A stretch of DNA of 64,000 bases. Source: Chamaesiphon sp. (GTDB taxonomy: Bacteria; Cyanobacteriota; Cyanobacteriia; Cyanobacteriales; Chamaesiphonaceae). Position 1 is the first letter of the stretch. Every line of letters begins with the position of its first letter. Made by a program: the position numbers and the translations under genes. Shown here one piece after another: positions 10,209 to 19,636 of the stretch. The stretch spans positions 1 to 64,000 of the forward strand of contig CBDFFH010000044.1 of NCBI GenBank assembly GCA_965246715.1. Reading direction: 5' to 3'. The notes beneath the pieces are model-generated. The model saw nothing but the letters and a program-made list of their open reading frames with translations, did not search any database and was not told the origin of the DNA.

Positions 10209-10619
10209 ATGACCAAAACTCAAACCAGCGATTTAGCATTTTCCCCTCAGATCGCTTCAAACCCAGTTGCTGCTACCGAACTACGTCCTTGGGGTTCGTT
10301 TACGATCTTAGAAGAAGGTCGCGGCCATAAAATCAAACGCATTGAAGTAAAGCCAGGTCATCGCCTCAGCCTCCAAATGCACTATCACCGCAGCGAACAC
10401 TGGATTGTCGTTTGTGGTACTGCGATGGTAACTTGCGATGGTAAAGAAGAAATTCTTCACAGCAATCAATCTACTTATGTACCCGCTTGCACCAAGCATC
10501 GGTTGGAAAATCCTGGTGTAATTCCATTAGTAATCATTGAAGTCCAAAATGGCGAGTATTTAGGCGAAGATGATATCGTCCGGTTCGAAGATGACTACTC
10601 CAGAAACAGCGCTCACTAA
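10209..10619 (+). CDS. Mannose-6-phosphate isomerase type II C-terminal cupin protein
   Basis: RPWGSF, LSLQMHYHRSEHW, IEVQNGEYLGEDDIVRFEDDY. Confidence 0.92.
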   Translation: MTKTQTSDLAFSPQIASNPVAATELRPWGSFTILEEGRGHKIKRIEVKPGHRLSLQMHYHRSEHWIVVCGTAMVTCDGKEEILHSNQSTYVPACTKHRLENPGVIPLVIIEVQNGEYLGEDDIVRFEDDYSRNSAH

Positions 10620-10759
10620 CACGGCATTAAATATACGCAACACCTCGTCTCTACACCTGTTCCACTCCCCTACTCCCCTCTCCTACTATTTCCACCTCCG
10701 CTCAAGAGCGGGGTGGGTTAGGGGTAGGGAAAGAGTTCGGATCTGTGAGTTCCAGGTTA

Positions 10760-11232
10760 GAGGATGTTTGAAAATACGGAGAGTATAAAATAATCAAGCA
10801 AGTCTGCGTAACATAAGTCGAATCATCGCAATGTGAATAAAAGTCTCTGAGGAAGCGGGTAAACGTTCGTAATCAAGATTGAGACGACGACACGGCACTC
10901 AATGGGGCGAATTATTTCGCCCCATTGAGTGCCTCACCAGTGCAACCAGCAGTAAGTCCGTTCAACAGTCCAGCGTTTAGGGAGAAGAACAAAACCTTTG
11001 CTGCCATTAGGTCGAAGGACAAACATCATATTCACTGTGCGCGGTCTACCTGTCTGTGCTTGAGGGGGTAATCATGACGATAACAGCTCATACTGTTCGA
11101 TCGTCAGTTCTGTGGTGTAGGCTGGAGTCATAGCTTCCTCGATCGCTGGTTAGACGTAAGAATTTTATCCAGCCTAACAAGTCTAGGGCGCTTTTTTTCT
11201 TTGGTGCCTTTTTACACTTTCCAAACATCCTC
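10760..11232 (-). mobile_element. Internally deleted IS5-family (IS1031-like) element
   Basis: TIRs GAGGATGTTTGAAAA / TTTCCAAACATCCTC; transposase remnants MTPAYTTELTIEQYELL..P....GRPRTV and RRLNLDYERLPASSETFIHIAMIRLMLRRLA. Confidence 0.85.
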
Positions 11233-11309
11233 TAAATTGTCGATCGATCTCTAACAATCGATCGAGAGTGAATACCCGATCGATTGCGATCGAAACCGCT
11301 AAAATTCCA

Positions 11310-11609
11310 TCATTTGAAGACGTTTCCAGCAGATTGTTCTAAAATTTTGTTCGTCTCCAATGTCATTACAGTCGAAAGAGCCGAACAAGCACCTTCATCG
11401 CCCTGACTACACCAGTCGGTAAGTGTTGTTTTAATTCGACTTAATTTATTGCATTCATTCAATTCTTTGTTTTCATAGCATCCGTGAATAGCTGTTTGAG
11501 CTAGATTTAGTGCATTGATAAGATCGTAACTTTGCAGTGCTCGTACGGATAACGGGAAAAATAGCGTACTAACGCATAAGCCGGAAAGTATTAAAGATAC
11601 ATGACGCAT
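11310..11609 (-). CDS. Small secreted Cys-rich hypothetical protein
   Basis: Signal peptide ending VRA, four Cys in the mature part, GAGG RBS. Confidence 0.7.
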   Translation of the reverse strand: MRHVSLILSGLCVSTLFFPLSVRALQSYDLINALNLAQTAIHGCYENKELNECNKLSRIKTTLTDWCSQGDEGACSALSTVMTLETNKILEQSAGNVFK

Positions 11610-11646
11610 GGTAAATACCTCTGAGATTTTTATTGGTATGAGGAGC

Positions 11647-11672
11647 TTTGGGCAGGATTTATCGTTTAATGC
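11647..11672 (-). promoter_or_regulatory. Bipartite motif GCATT-N13-TGCCC (copy 3)
   Basis: Minus strand GCATT AAACGATAAATCC TGCCCAAA, 38 nt before the ATG at 11609. Confidence 0.45.
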
Positions 11673-11740
11673 AAGATAAAAGCCTCCCCCACTTATTCGG
11701 GCTAAAATAGGCGTAAGCCATCCGCTTACGAACCTTTGCT

Positions 11741-12430
11741 ATGTACCAGTACGAGCTACCTAGATACCTACCTACTGCCGACGAACTGCCCTGCTCGGAC
11801 GATACCCCCGTGGATAACGAACTCCAAGAAATAATTCCCAGCTTGCTCAAGTCAATCTTACGAATCCTCTGGAACGAGCGGATGGATTGGTTTTTTGGCA
11901 TCGATATGGGGATCTATTCTCATCCAGAACGACCGCCAATCGTTCCCGATGGCTTCTTATGTCTGAATGTCGAGCGACATTATGACGAGGATTTACGCCT
12001 GAGCTACCTACTTTGGGAAGAGGAAATACCCCCGATCTTCGTACTCGAAGTAGTCTCCAATAAACCAGGCGGCGAGTACACTACCAAACTCGACGAATAT
12101 GCTCGCATGGGCGTACTTTACTACGTTATCTATAACCCCAAACGTCGCCGCAAACCCAAGCTAGAGATCTATAAGCTGGTAGATGGCAAATACGAGTTAC
12201 AAGATGGCAATCCTTTCTGGATGTCCGAAATTAGTCTGGGCATCGGCAGCGAACGTGCCAGCTATGATAGATTGACGCGGGAATGGTTGTATTGGTACGA
12301 CGAGAACGACAAGCGTTATCCCACTCCTGACGAACAAATCGAGCTAGAACGCCAACGAGCTACTATGGAGAGCCAAAGAGCCGATCGATTGGCAGCTAAA
12401 TTACGCGCTCTAGGCATCGATCCGGAATAG
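11741..12430 (+). CDS. Uma2 family endonuclease-like protein
   Basis: LPCSDDTPVDNELQ, IVPDGFL, VLEVVS, KLDEYARMGVLYY; C-terminal RADRLAAKLRALGIDPE. Confidence 0.92.
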   Translation: MYQYELPRYLPTADELPCSDDTPVDNELQEIIPSLLKSILRILWNERMDWFFGIDMGIYSHPERPPIVPDGFLCLNVERHYDEDLRLSYLLWEEEIPPIFVLEVVSNKPGGEYTTKLDEYARMGVLYYVIYNPKRRRKPKLEIYKLVDGKYELQDGNPFWMSEISLGIGSERASYDRLTREWLYWYDENDKRYPTPDEQIELERQRATMESQRADRLAAKLRALGIDPE

Positions 12431-12434
12431 CAAC

Positions 12435-15400
12435 CTATTTTTGAGCACTTAAACCCTGAAGGAGTTGCTGATATTTTTGGTAAGCAGTCAGGTTATTAGA
12501 TCGCTGTAACTGTTTGGCATCCTTGGTAATACTCTGGATTATTTTCGGTTCGAGTTTGAGAGCTTGTTTGTAATCGGATATCGCTCCAGCTTTATTGCCA
12601 GAGTTGTCGCGAATCAGTGCTCGAATGCCATAACTATAGGCTGATTTAGGATTGAGTTGGATCGATCGCTCGATATCTGCCAACGCAGCCCGATCGTTAC
12701 CTAGTACCATCTGATAAAACCCACGATTACTATAGGCATAAGAGTTGTTAGGATTTAACTTAATTGCCTGCTCCCAGTCTGAGATCGCCCCTGGATTATT
12801 ATTAACCAAGAGCTTGTAGTAACCTCGATCGCTATACGCATTATCATTCTTAGGATTAATCGCGATCGCGCGTTCGGTATCAGAGATCGCACCCTGGTAA
12901 TCTCCTAGTTGAGCTTTAGCAGCAGCACGAGCGTTATATACACTCTCATTTTTGGGGTTAATCGCCAGCGATTGAGTACAGTCGGAGATCGCACCTTGAT
13001 AATCTTCTAGTTGTAATTTGGCAATACCTCGAAGAGTATACGCATTATTATTCTTGGGATTGATTGCGATCTCCTGAGTATAGTCAACAATTGCACCCTG
13101 GTAATCTTTTAGCTGGAACTTAGCATTACCTCGCTGGTTGTATGCAGTATTATTCTTGGGCTTAATTGCGATCGATTTAGTATAGTCACCAATCGCACTT
13201 TGGTAATCTTTTAGTTCATTCTTAGTATCACCTCGCAGGTTATAAGTCAGATAATCTTTGGGGTCGAGTGCGATCGATTGAGTATAGTCAGCAATCGCGC
13301 CTTGGTAATCTTTTAGTTCATTCTTCGTTATACCGCGAAGCTGATACGGCTGAGCATTTTTCGGCGCGATCGCGATCGCTCGATCGAAGTCAGCAAGAGC
13401 AGCTTGACGCTCCCCTTGTTGGAATTTAGCAATACCTCGAGCGTTATAATCGTCAAATCTTTTGGGATTGAGTGCGATCGCCTGAGTAAAGTCGGAGATC
13501 GCTCCTTGATAATCTTTTAGATCTGATTTAGCACTACCTCGAAGGCTATAAACATTATCATCCTTGGGATCGATCGCCAGTGATTGAGTAAAGTCAGCGA
13601 TGGCTCCTCGATTGTCTTTTAAGTTTCTTTTAAAAATACCTCGTGAGTTATAACCAATAACATTTTTGGGATCGATCGCAATTGCTTGCGTATAATCAGC
13701 TAGCTCACTCTGGTAATCTTTGAGTTTGCCTTTAACCTTACCGCGACTGATGTAAGCATAGAAAGATTTGGGATAGAGGGCGATCGCTTGAGTATAGTCA
13801 GCAATCGCACCTTGGTAATCTTCTAATCCTTGTTTAGCATCCCCTCGATTTGAATAAGCTAGAGCATATTTGGGGCTGAGGGCGATCGTTTGTTCTGCGT
13901 CAGCTAAAGCACCTTTGTAATCTTTTAGTTGTTTTTTGACTAAACTGCGTAAGCTATAAGTAAAATAACTTTTGGGATCGAGGGCGATCGCTTTGTTAAG
14001 ATCGTCTAGCGCGCCTTGGTAATCTTGCTGTTCGCGTTTAACATTACCTCGCCCTGCATAATTAATACTATCGTTAGGATTTAAAGAAATCGCAGTATTA
14101 TAATCAGCTATCGAGCTTTTGAAATCTCCTAATTTATATTGAATACTAGCACGATGATAATAATACTTGTCATTCCTTGGTGCATATAAGATTGCTGAGT
14201 TAATATCGACTAAAGCACCTTTGAAATCTTCTAATTTTTCTTTTAAAATAGCTCGATTGTCGTAAGCTTCCGTAAATTCAGAATCTAGCTTGAGAGCCAT
14301 GTCATAATCTGCTAGTGCTTCTTTGTAAATTGGTAGTACCTTTGCGCGATCGAAACTATCATCTAGAAATGATACTAGGGTTGTCTTAGTAAATCCTCTC
14401 GAATCGTAAACAGACGCATCTGGCTGGGATTGGATTAAGCGATCGTAGATCGAGATTGCTTGCTGAGAATTTTCAATAGACTTCGCATTTAGATCGCCAG
14501 CGGATATTTTTATCGAAAATCCTTTGGTACGATAATATGTTGCTCGCTCGATATACAGTTGTCGATCTTGGGGATTTAAGTTAATTGCTTGTTGATTAGC
14601 TTGGAGTGCTTCATCGTATTTCGCCATCATGAATAAGCAATTAGCACGTCTTTTCCAGAGGAAGTAATACTCCTGTTGCCGATCGGTCGGGATATTGGCA
14701 ATTGCCTCAGAGTATAGAGTCAGTGCTTTCTGATAATTATCTGATTTATAATTACCGCTGAAGACACTGAAAACAGCAGCAGATTTCAGATCGATTAAAC
14801 CCAAGCGATCGTAAGCCCTAGCCTTACCATAAATACCAGGCAACTTATAAGTTTTGGGATCGAGCGCAATTGCTCGATCGAAAGCCACGATCGCTTGTGA
14901 ATACTGCTTGATTCGATTGAGTTGTCCCCCATATTGCAACCACTGTTTGCCACTACTCTCGCCATCCGGTTGCGGAAGATTATTCTCCACCTCAGCAACA
15001 CTTTTGAGTTCGGCTGCATTCAAATAGCGGGGAACCTCTTTACCAACTTGCAACAGTTGGCGGTTGACTTTCAAGTCACTTGCACTAGCAATAAATGACT
15101 TAATCGATATCCCCAAACTATTCCCCAGCAATAGCTGTGGCGCGTTATCGCCTTCTTCAGCTCGGCCATGCAAGCCAACCACTCGCCCCTCGGTATCGAA
15201 GATGGGGCCACCACTCATCCCCCCATAAGTGATATTTGTATAAACTAAGTTGTACCCTTCACTAAAAGAAACATCGTTGCGGACATTTCTGAGACTGAGA
15301 TCTTGACCGAAACTCGTGCCGGGGTTGAGTTGCCATTGCCATAAGGGACTATTAATCTTGCCCCGATCTGGGTAGCCACCCACAAAAACGACATCATCAG

Positions 15401-16529
15401 GTCGAGGTTTGATACTACTCAATCGCGCGACGGGATAGTCAGCATTACTGGTAAATTTAATAATGGCTAGATCTTGAGCCTGTGCGATCGTTATATTGCT
15501 CGCTTGGAGCTGATAGCTCTGTTGGTCGAAGGTAATGGCTTTGATGTTGTCAAACAGCTTGCCATCTTTTTGAATGACGTGTTTGGCAGTTAAGACTGAA
15601 TAAGTATTCCCTTCTTTGGCAACGATTACCCCCGAACCATAAGTCCCCCCTGCCTCAAATCTGACGGTCTGCTGGCGAGTATCGCGCCCCAGCTTTGCCA
15701 TATATCCCGTGGGTGTAACTTGGTGCGGCACCTTGGGCAAGTTGTCATAGGCATACAGAATGTTGGGATTGAGTTGAGTCAGGAGGTTATAAATCGGTAC
15801 GCCCCAATTGGCTTGTTGGTATTGTGTTGCTTTTTGCCCTGTAGGTTTGCTGCCATCGGCGTAGGTGTAATTAGGTAATAAGGGATTGGCACTAATGGTG
15901 TTAATACCGATGACTACGCCTCTGCCATCGAGAATTGGGCCGCCACTCATCCCTTGGCGGATGCCTTTGTCGTTGGCATTGATGACGTAACCGATTTGGG
16001 TGCCATCTTGCATTGGCACTGCGGAGATTTGGGATAGCTCGCCACCACTAAAGCGCAACTGTTCTGAGTCGAAGGGATATCCCGCACTGTAAATTTGAGT
16101 GGGATCGAGCGGACTATCATCTTTGATATCGGCGAGGGTGTAGTTGGTGGGGCTGCTAAATTGAAGCAGGGCGAGATCGTATTTGGGATCGATCTTGGTG
16201 TTGGGGATGAGTGTGGCGGCGTGTTGCTTGCCGTCGGCGGTTTGGATTTGAAATTGGCGGTCTTTGCGGGTGACATGTTGGTTGGTGAGGACGAGATAGG
16301 TGTTGTTTTTGCGGGCGATTAATACTCCCGAACCGCCGTTGTTGGTGGAAGTGATTCTGACGGTAATTTTTTGGGCTTGGGTGCGGAGATCGCTGGGATT
16401 GAGGGCGATGTTGCGATGGTGAGGGGTGGGCGTTTGCAGGGTTCTAGGTGCGGTGGCGATGGTGGGTGCGTAGGGTAGCAGCAGGGCGAGGATGATGAGC
16501 AGGGCAGCGGTACGAAGTTGGTTTTTCAT
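12435..16529 (-). CDS. Secreted tandem trypsin-like serine protease with long TPR array (~1364 aa)
   Basis: Signal peptide from ATG 16529; two S1 domains (TNQHV/DLALL/GMSGGP and TAKHV/DLAII/GMSGGP); ~20 34-aa TPRs. Confidence 0.9.
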   Translation of the reverse strand: MKNQLRTAALLIILALLLPYAPTIATAPRTLQTPTPHHRNIALNPSDLRTQAQKITVRITSTNNGGSGVLIARKNNTYLVLTNQHVTRKDRQFQIQTADGKQHAATLIPNTKIDPKYDLALLQFSSPTNYTLADIKDDSPLDPTQIYSAGYPFDSEQLRFSGGELSQISAVPMQDGTQIGYVINANDKGIRQGMSGGPILDGRGVVIGINTISANPLLPNYTYADGSKPTGQKATQYQQANWGVPIYNLLTQLNPNILYAYDNLPKVPHQVTPTGYMAKLGRDTRQQTVRFEAGGTYGSGVIVAKEGNTYSVLTAKHVIQKDGKLFDNIKAITFDQQSYQLQASNITIAQAQDLAIIKFTSNADYPVARLSSIKPRPDDVVFVGGYPDRGKINSPLWQWQLNPGTSFGQDLSLRNVRNDVSFSEGYNLVYTNITYGGMSGGPIFDTEGRVVGLHGRAEEGDNAPQLLLGNSLGISIKSFIASASDLKVNRQLLQVGKEVPRYLNAAELKSVAEVENNLPQPDGESSGKQWLQYGGQLNRIKQYSQAIVAFDRAIALDPKTYKLPGIYGKARAYDRLGLIDLKSAAVFSVFSGNYKSDNYQKALTLYSEAIANIPTDRQQEYYFLWKRRANCLFMMAKYDEALQANQQAINLNPQDRQLYIERATYYRTKGFSIKISAGDLNAKSIENSQQAISIYDRLIQSQPDASVYDSRGFTKTTLVSFLDDSFDRAKVLPIYKEALADYDMALKLDSEFTEAYDNRAILKEKLEDFKGALVDINSAILYAPRNDKYYYHRASIQYKLGDFKSSIADYNTAISLNPNDSINYAGRGNVKREQQDYQGALDDLNKAIALDPKSYFTYSLRSLVKKQLKDYKGALADAEQTIALSPKYALAYSNRGDAKQGLEDYQGAIADYTQAIALYPKSFYAYISRGKVKGKLKDYQSELADYTQAIAIDPKNVIGYNSRGIFKRNLKDNRGAIADFTQSLAIDPKDDNVYSLRGSAKSDLKDYQGAISDFTQAIALNPKRFDDYNARGIAKFQQGERQAALADFDRAIAIAPKNAQPYQLRGITKNELKDYQGAIADYTQSIALDPKDYLTYNLRGDTKNELKDYQSAIGDYTKSIAIKPKNNTAYNQRGNAKFQLKDYQGAIVDYTQEIAINPKNNNAYTLRGIAKLQLEDYQGAISDCTQSLAINPKNESVYNARAAAKAQLGDYQGAISDTERAIAINPKNDNAYSDRGYYKLLVNNNPGAISDWEQAIKLNPNNSYAYSNRGFYQMVLGNDRAALADIERSIQLNPKSAYSYGIRALIRDNSGNKAGAISDYKQALKLEPKIIQSITKDAKQLQRSNNLTAYQKYQQLLQGLSAQK
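12600..14300 (-). repeat. 102-bp periodic coding repeats (TPR units)
   Basis: Recurring GTAATCTTTTAG...GCGATCGC...ATAGTCAGCAATCGC at ~102-bp period. Confidence 0.8.
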
Positions 16530-16561
16530 GTGGTTTAATATGTTATTTTTTTGTGGATTTA

Positions 16562-16730
16562 TCGGCGATGCTGAATTGGGGCATCGAATCCGTAGGGGCA
16601 ATCCCCCCTTGGTGAAACGCACGCCGAGGAGACCTCGGCGCGATTTCATCCGCTTATGGTTGCCCTAGATCTGTGGGTACCCACTAGGGGCACCCCTACA
16701 ATTCATCTGTTAATCCAGCAACATCTCGAT
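16562..16730. repeat. MITE-like shell with nested REP-like (GTAGGGGC...GCCCCTAC-type) element
   Basis: GATGCTGAATT...AATCCAGCAAC ends; GTAGGGGCAATCCCCC...GGTTGCCCT...GGGGCACCCCTACA inside; relatives at 38612-38780 and 58897-58990. Confidence 0.6.
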
Positions 16731-16784
16731 CGATCTTGATGCCTCGAACTCAAGGCTGAGAGCACCTGTTATTTTAGGTCTGGA

Positions 16785-17303
16785 CTATTTCAACAATTCT
16801 CCGAGATCGGCGATCTCCCCGCTAGCACTTTGGTCGAGCGGACGGGAGGCAGTCCCGCGCCGGATACTGTCGATCTCAGTGACGACATCCCCAGCATCTT
16901 TGCGACTTCTCAATGTAAACAGCATCGTCGATCGATCGCATTTTTGGCTCTTGTCAGCCAGTCCGCAGATAATGCCCTCTCTGTTCGCCGGATCTGTACC
17001 TGCTGCCACATATCTGAGCTTGCCACTCTTCCAAGCCGACTGAAATTTCTGCGAGACAGTATCGCAGCGCATTTGCGGCGTATATTCCCCCAGTGCCGAT
17101 TTCCAGCGGATCAGCGCGACTGGTTCGGACTTAGCAGAAGTCGCGACATATGTAGTCGGCATGATTTTTTTAGTCGCGGTGTTGTAACTCTGACCGCAAT
17201 AAAACCGCGCTTGGAGTTTTTGGGCGGTAGCGGGGCGGTTGGCAAACGAGCTAGCCGCAAGTACTCCGGTGACAACTAAGGTGATGGCGATGAGTTTTTT
17301 CAT
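16785..17303 (-). CDS. COP23-domain secreted protein 3
   Basis: Signal peptide from ATG 17303; RFYCG, IRWKS, PQMRCDTVSQKFQ, IICG, MLFTL. Confidence 0.85.
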   Translation of the reverse strand: MKKLIAITLVVTGVLAASSFANRPATAQKLQARFYCGQSYNTATKKIMPTTYVATSAKSEPVALIRWKSALGEYTPQMRCDTVSQKFQSAWKSGKLRYVAAGTDPANREGIICGLADKSQKCDRSTMLFTLRSRKDAGDVVTEIDSIRRGTASRPLDQSASGEIADLGELLK

Positions 17304-17374
17304 GATTTGAGTAATGTAGTTAATGTCAGTTTGGGATCGGAGATGCCTGGAGACTGGAAGTCTCGGCTTGTGAT

Positions 17375-17457
17375 GCAAAGTCCGCCTTCGCGGACTAGTT
17401 AATCAGTCCGCGAAGGCGGACTTTGCAATGTTAGCCCCGATTTTAATCGGCGGCGGG
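17375..17457. repeat. Dispersed palindromic repeat
   Basis: GCAAAGTCCGCCTTCGCGGACT...AGTCCGCGAAGGCGGACTTTGC; relatives at ~9070-9147, 29598-29646, 37280-37335, 63580-63630. Confidence 0.75.
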
Positions 17458-17489
17458 AATCGAACGAAGCTATGGTTAGTTAATGGTTA

Positions 17490-18032
17490 TTAATTTGCGA
17501 TCGATCGAGATATCGACTCAATTAGTTGCTGCATGTCGATCTCATTGAGATCGCCAGATTGCTCGGCAGGACGAGAGCCAACCGCGCCTTTTATCGTCGC
17601 GTACAATTGACGAACGATCTCTTGGCTCTCGGCAGCATTTCTGAGGACGAACAACTGATACGAGCTATTGCAAGTTGTTTGCCGATAGCTCAGGGCACAG
17701 ATGATGCCTTCTCTGTTGCGATTCTTACCAGCAACCAGCCGATGAAAATTTCCCCGATCCCAAGCGATTTGAAATTTGCGAGTAGCATCTTGACAGCGTT
17801 GTTCGGCAGTTCGATTGTTATAGTCCGACCATTTGACGATCGCTCGATGCTCTGCCCTAGTGCCAATGATGCCGACAGAGGTATATGGGGTCAATTTGCC
17901 ATCTTGAGAGTAAGTACAAAAAAACTTGACCTTCGATTTTTCGCCCTGAGCGAACACGGGTGGGGGCTGAAGGCAGTGGCAGCAGATCGCGATTGCCGCG
18001 AGCGTTAATTTAAAAACAAGTGAATTTTTCAT
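17490..18032 (-). CDS. COP23-domain secreted protein 2
   Basis: KFFCT, IVKWS, EQRCQDATRKFQ, IICA, QLFVL; signal peptide. Confidence 0.82.
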   Translation of the reverse strand: MKNSLVFKLTLAAIAICCHCLQPPPVFAQGEKSKVKFFCTYSQDGKLTPYTSVGIIGTRAEHRAIVKWSDYNNRTAEQRCQDATRKFQIAWDRGNFHRLVAGKNRNREGIICALSYRQTTCNSSYQLFVLRNAAESQEIVRQLYATIKGAVGSRPAEQSGDLNEIDMQQLIESISRSIAN

Positions 18033-18081
18033 CAGTTTAGAGATTGTGGGAGTTGCTTGGGCAACTCCCCGAACGGTACAT

Positions 18082-18630
18082 TTACTTGCGGCGCAGATCG
18101 GATATTTTCAACATTCGACCGCGAGCGCGTTGAACCATTGGGATGTTACTTTGTCCCGAACCATAAGCAGACAAAGAGAGGTCTTCGATCACCTTATTAG
18201 CATCTTGGTAAGACTTCAATGTAAACAGCATGGAAGATTTATTACACTCATCACCTTCATTTGCGACTTTACAGATCATCCCCAGTCGCGATCGAGCATC
18301 TACACCAGAAGTCAGGTAGCCGCGACCTGCTGCATAAGCAGCTTGAAACTTGGGCGAGACGATCTCGCAGCGTTGTTGAGGGGAAAATTTATCGAAAAAT
18401 TCACTTTTCCAAATCACAATTACTTGCGATTCGCTCTGTCCCTGAGTTTCCATCAGGGTTGCAGGTAACATTTGTTTGCTAGTAGGATCTTTAGACTGTC
18501 CGCAATAAAAGCGACGCTCGCTAACGGTATTTGATGTCGAATCTTGAGAATAGGCGGTATTTGGAGTGGTCGCAACGATCGATCCAATCGATCCAGCGCA
18601 AACGAGCGCCGAAAGCAAAATATTTTTCAT
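18082..18630 (-). CDS. COP23-domain secreted protein 1
   Basis: RFYCG, VIWKSEFF, PQQRCEIVSPKFQ, MICK, MLFTL; signal peptide. Confidence 0.87.
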   Translation of the reverse strand: MKNILLSALVCAGSIGSIVATTPNTAYSQDSTSNTVSERRFYCGQSKDPTSKQMLPATLMETQGQSESQVIVIWKSEFFDKFSPQQRCEIVSPKFQAAYAAGRGYLTSGVDARSRLGMICKVANEGDECNKSSMLFTLKSYQDANKVIEDLSLSAYGSGQSNIPMVQRARGRMLKISDLRRK

Positions 18631-18711
18631 GGGATTGAGATAGCTAAACTTTTCAGTTGATAGTTGACAGTTAACGGGTATGTTGGGAATTGCAGGTTGC
18701 TATAGCCAAAG

Positions 18712-18737
18712 ATGGGGCAGTCGATCGCTGAAAATGC
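18712..18737 (-). promoter_or_regulatory. Bipartite motif GCATT-N13-TGCCCCAT (copy 2)
   Basis: Minus strand GCATT TTCAGCGATCGAC TGCCCCAT upstream of the COP23 genes. Confidence 0.5.
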
Positions 18738-18758
18738 AGACCCGAATCGGAATTGTTG

Positions 18759-19520
18759 CTAAATCGTTGCCGTCGGGGAAAGATCGCCCCGTTGGAAATC
18801 CCCCAAAAATTGTTTGACTAAATCTACGCTAATAGACAAGTTCAGCCCCACATTGCCAGAGCTTTTACCGCAAATTTTCTTGGGGTCGTCGGCACATGCA
18901 ACCGCAGTAATTAGACCCCAAGAATTGACTCCAATTACTTCGCCCCACTCGTTTAGCAACGGGCCACCGGAATTGCCACCATTAATTGCCGCATCGATTT
19001 GAATGGCACCCATCTCAGGTCGTAAGCTACTGACGATGCCACGAGTCATCGTGTTATGCAAATCCTCATATCTAGGCGTACCGATCGCATATACGGTGTC
19101 GCCGACTTTAATCGATCGAGCGTCACCGAGAGTAACTGTGGGTAGTTTCCCGCGCCGATTGATTTTGAGCAGTGCTAAATCTACCTTATTTTTCGCAAAT
19201 CCCACCACATCAGCGGCGATTTCGGTGCGACCATCTGCCATCATGACGGTGACTACAGACGATGCGCCTTGGACGACATGAGCGTTCGTCACCACATAAC
19301 CATCGTCACTAATGATAAAGCCACTACCATGCCCTTGATTCACTCTCACCGTCACCACTGCTGGATTTACTCGGCTGTAGATACTGCTAGCTGAAGCAGT
19401 AGCACGGACAGATTTGGCAACTGCTGGTGTCGGGGCGATCGGCAGATCGGCAGTTGCAAGACTCCCTGTTAAGCTCAAAGTCAGGAGCAAAGTCGAGCAA
19501 AGTTTAGTGGTGTCAATCAT
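18759..19520 (-). CDS. Secreted trypsin-like (S1C) serine protease without PDZ domain
   Basis: GSGFII, VTNAHV, DLALLKI, IQIDAAINGGNSGGPL; start taken at ATG 19520. Confidence 0.9.
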   Translation of the reverse strand: MIDTTKLCSTLLLTLSLTGSLATADLPIAPTPAVAKSVRATASASSIYSRVNPAVVTVRVNQGHGSGFIISDDGYVVTNAHVVQGASSVVTVMMADGRTEIAADVVGFAKNKVDLALLKINRRGKLPTVTLGDARSIKVGDTVYAIGTPRYEDLHNTMTRGIVSSLRPEMGAIQIDAAINGGNSGGPLLNEWGEVIGVNSWGLITAVACADDPKKICGKSSGNVGLNLSISVDLVKQFLGDFQRGDLSPTATI

Positions 19521-19572
19521 CGGTATACCTCTAGTTGTGAGTAAAATTGGTTTTTTTCTTTCCATACCCTGA

Positions 19573-19598
19573 ATGGGGCAAGCACTCGAAGATAATGC
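19573..19598 (-). promoter_or_regulatory. Bipartite motif GCATT-N13-TGCCCCAT (copy 1)
   Basis: Minus strand GCATT ATCTTCGAGTGCT TGCCCCAT upstream of the trypsin gene. Confidence 0.5.
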
Positions 19599-19636
19599 GC
19601 TGCATTTAAAATCGCTCGCATTCGGCTTCTAGAGGT

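Noticed and set aside
12600..14300. Regularly spaced repeats resembling a CRISPR array
   Set aside because: 102-bp period, degenerate, in frame within the TPR ORF; no cas genes in the window.
16566..16600. TGCCCCAAT upstream of the protease-TPR gene as a fourth promoter motif
   Set aside because: No GCATT at 13-nt spacing, and it lies within a repeat element.
16530..16649. 40-aa N-terminal extension of the protease-TPR ORF
   Set aside because: Runs through a REP/MITE; the signal peptide starts at ATG 16529.
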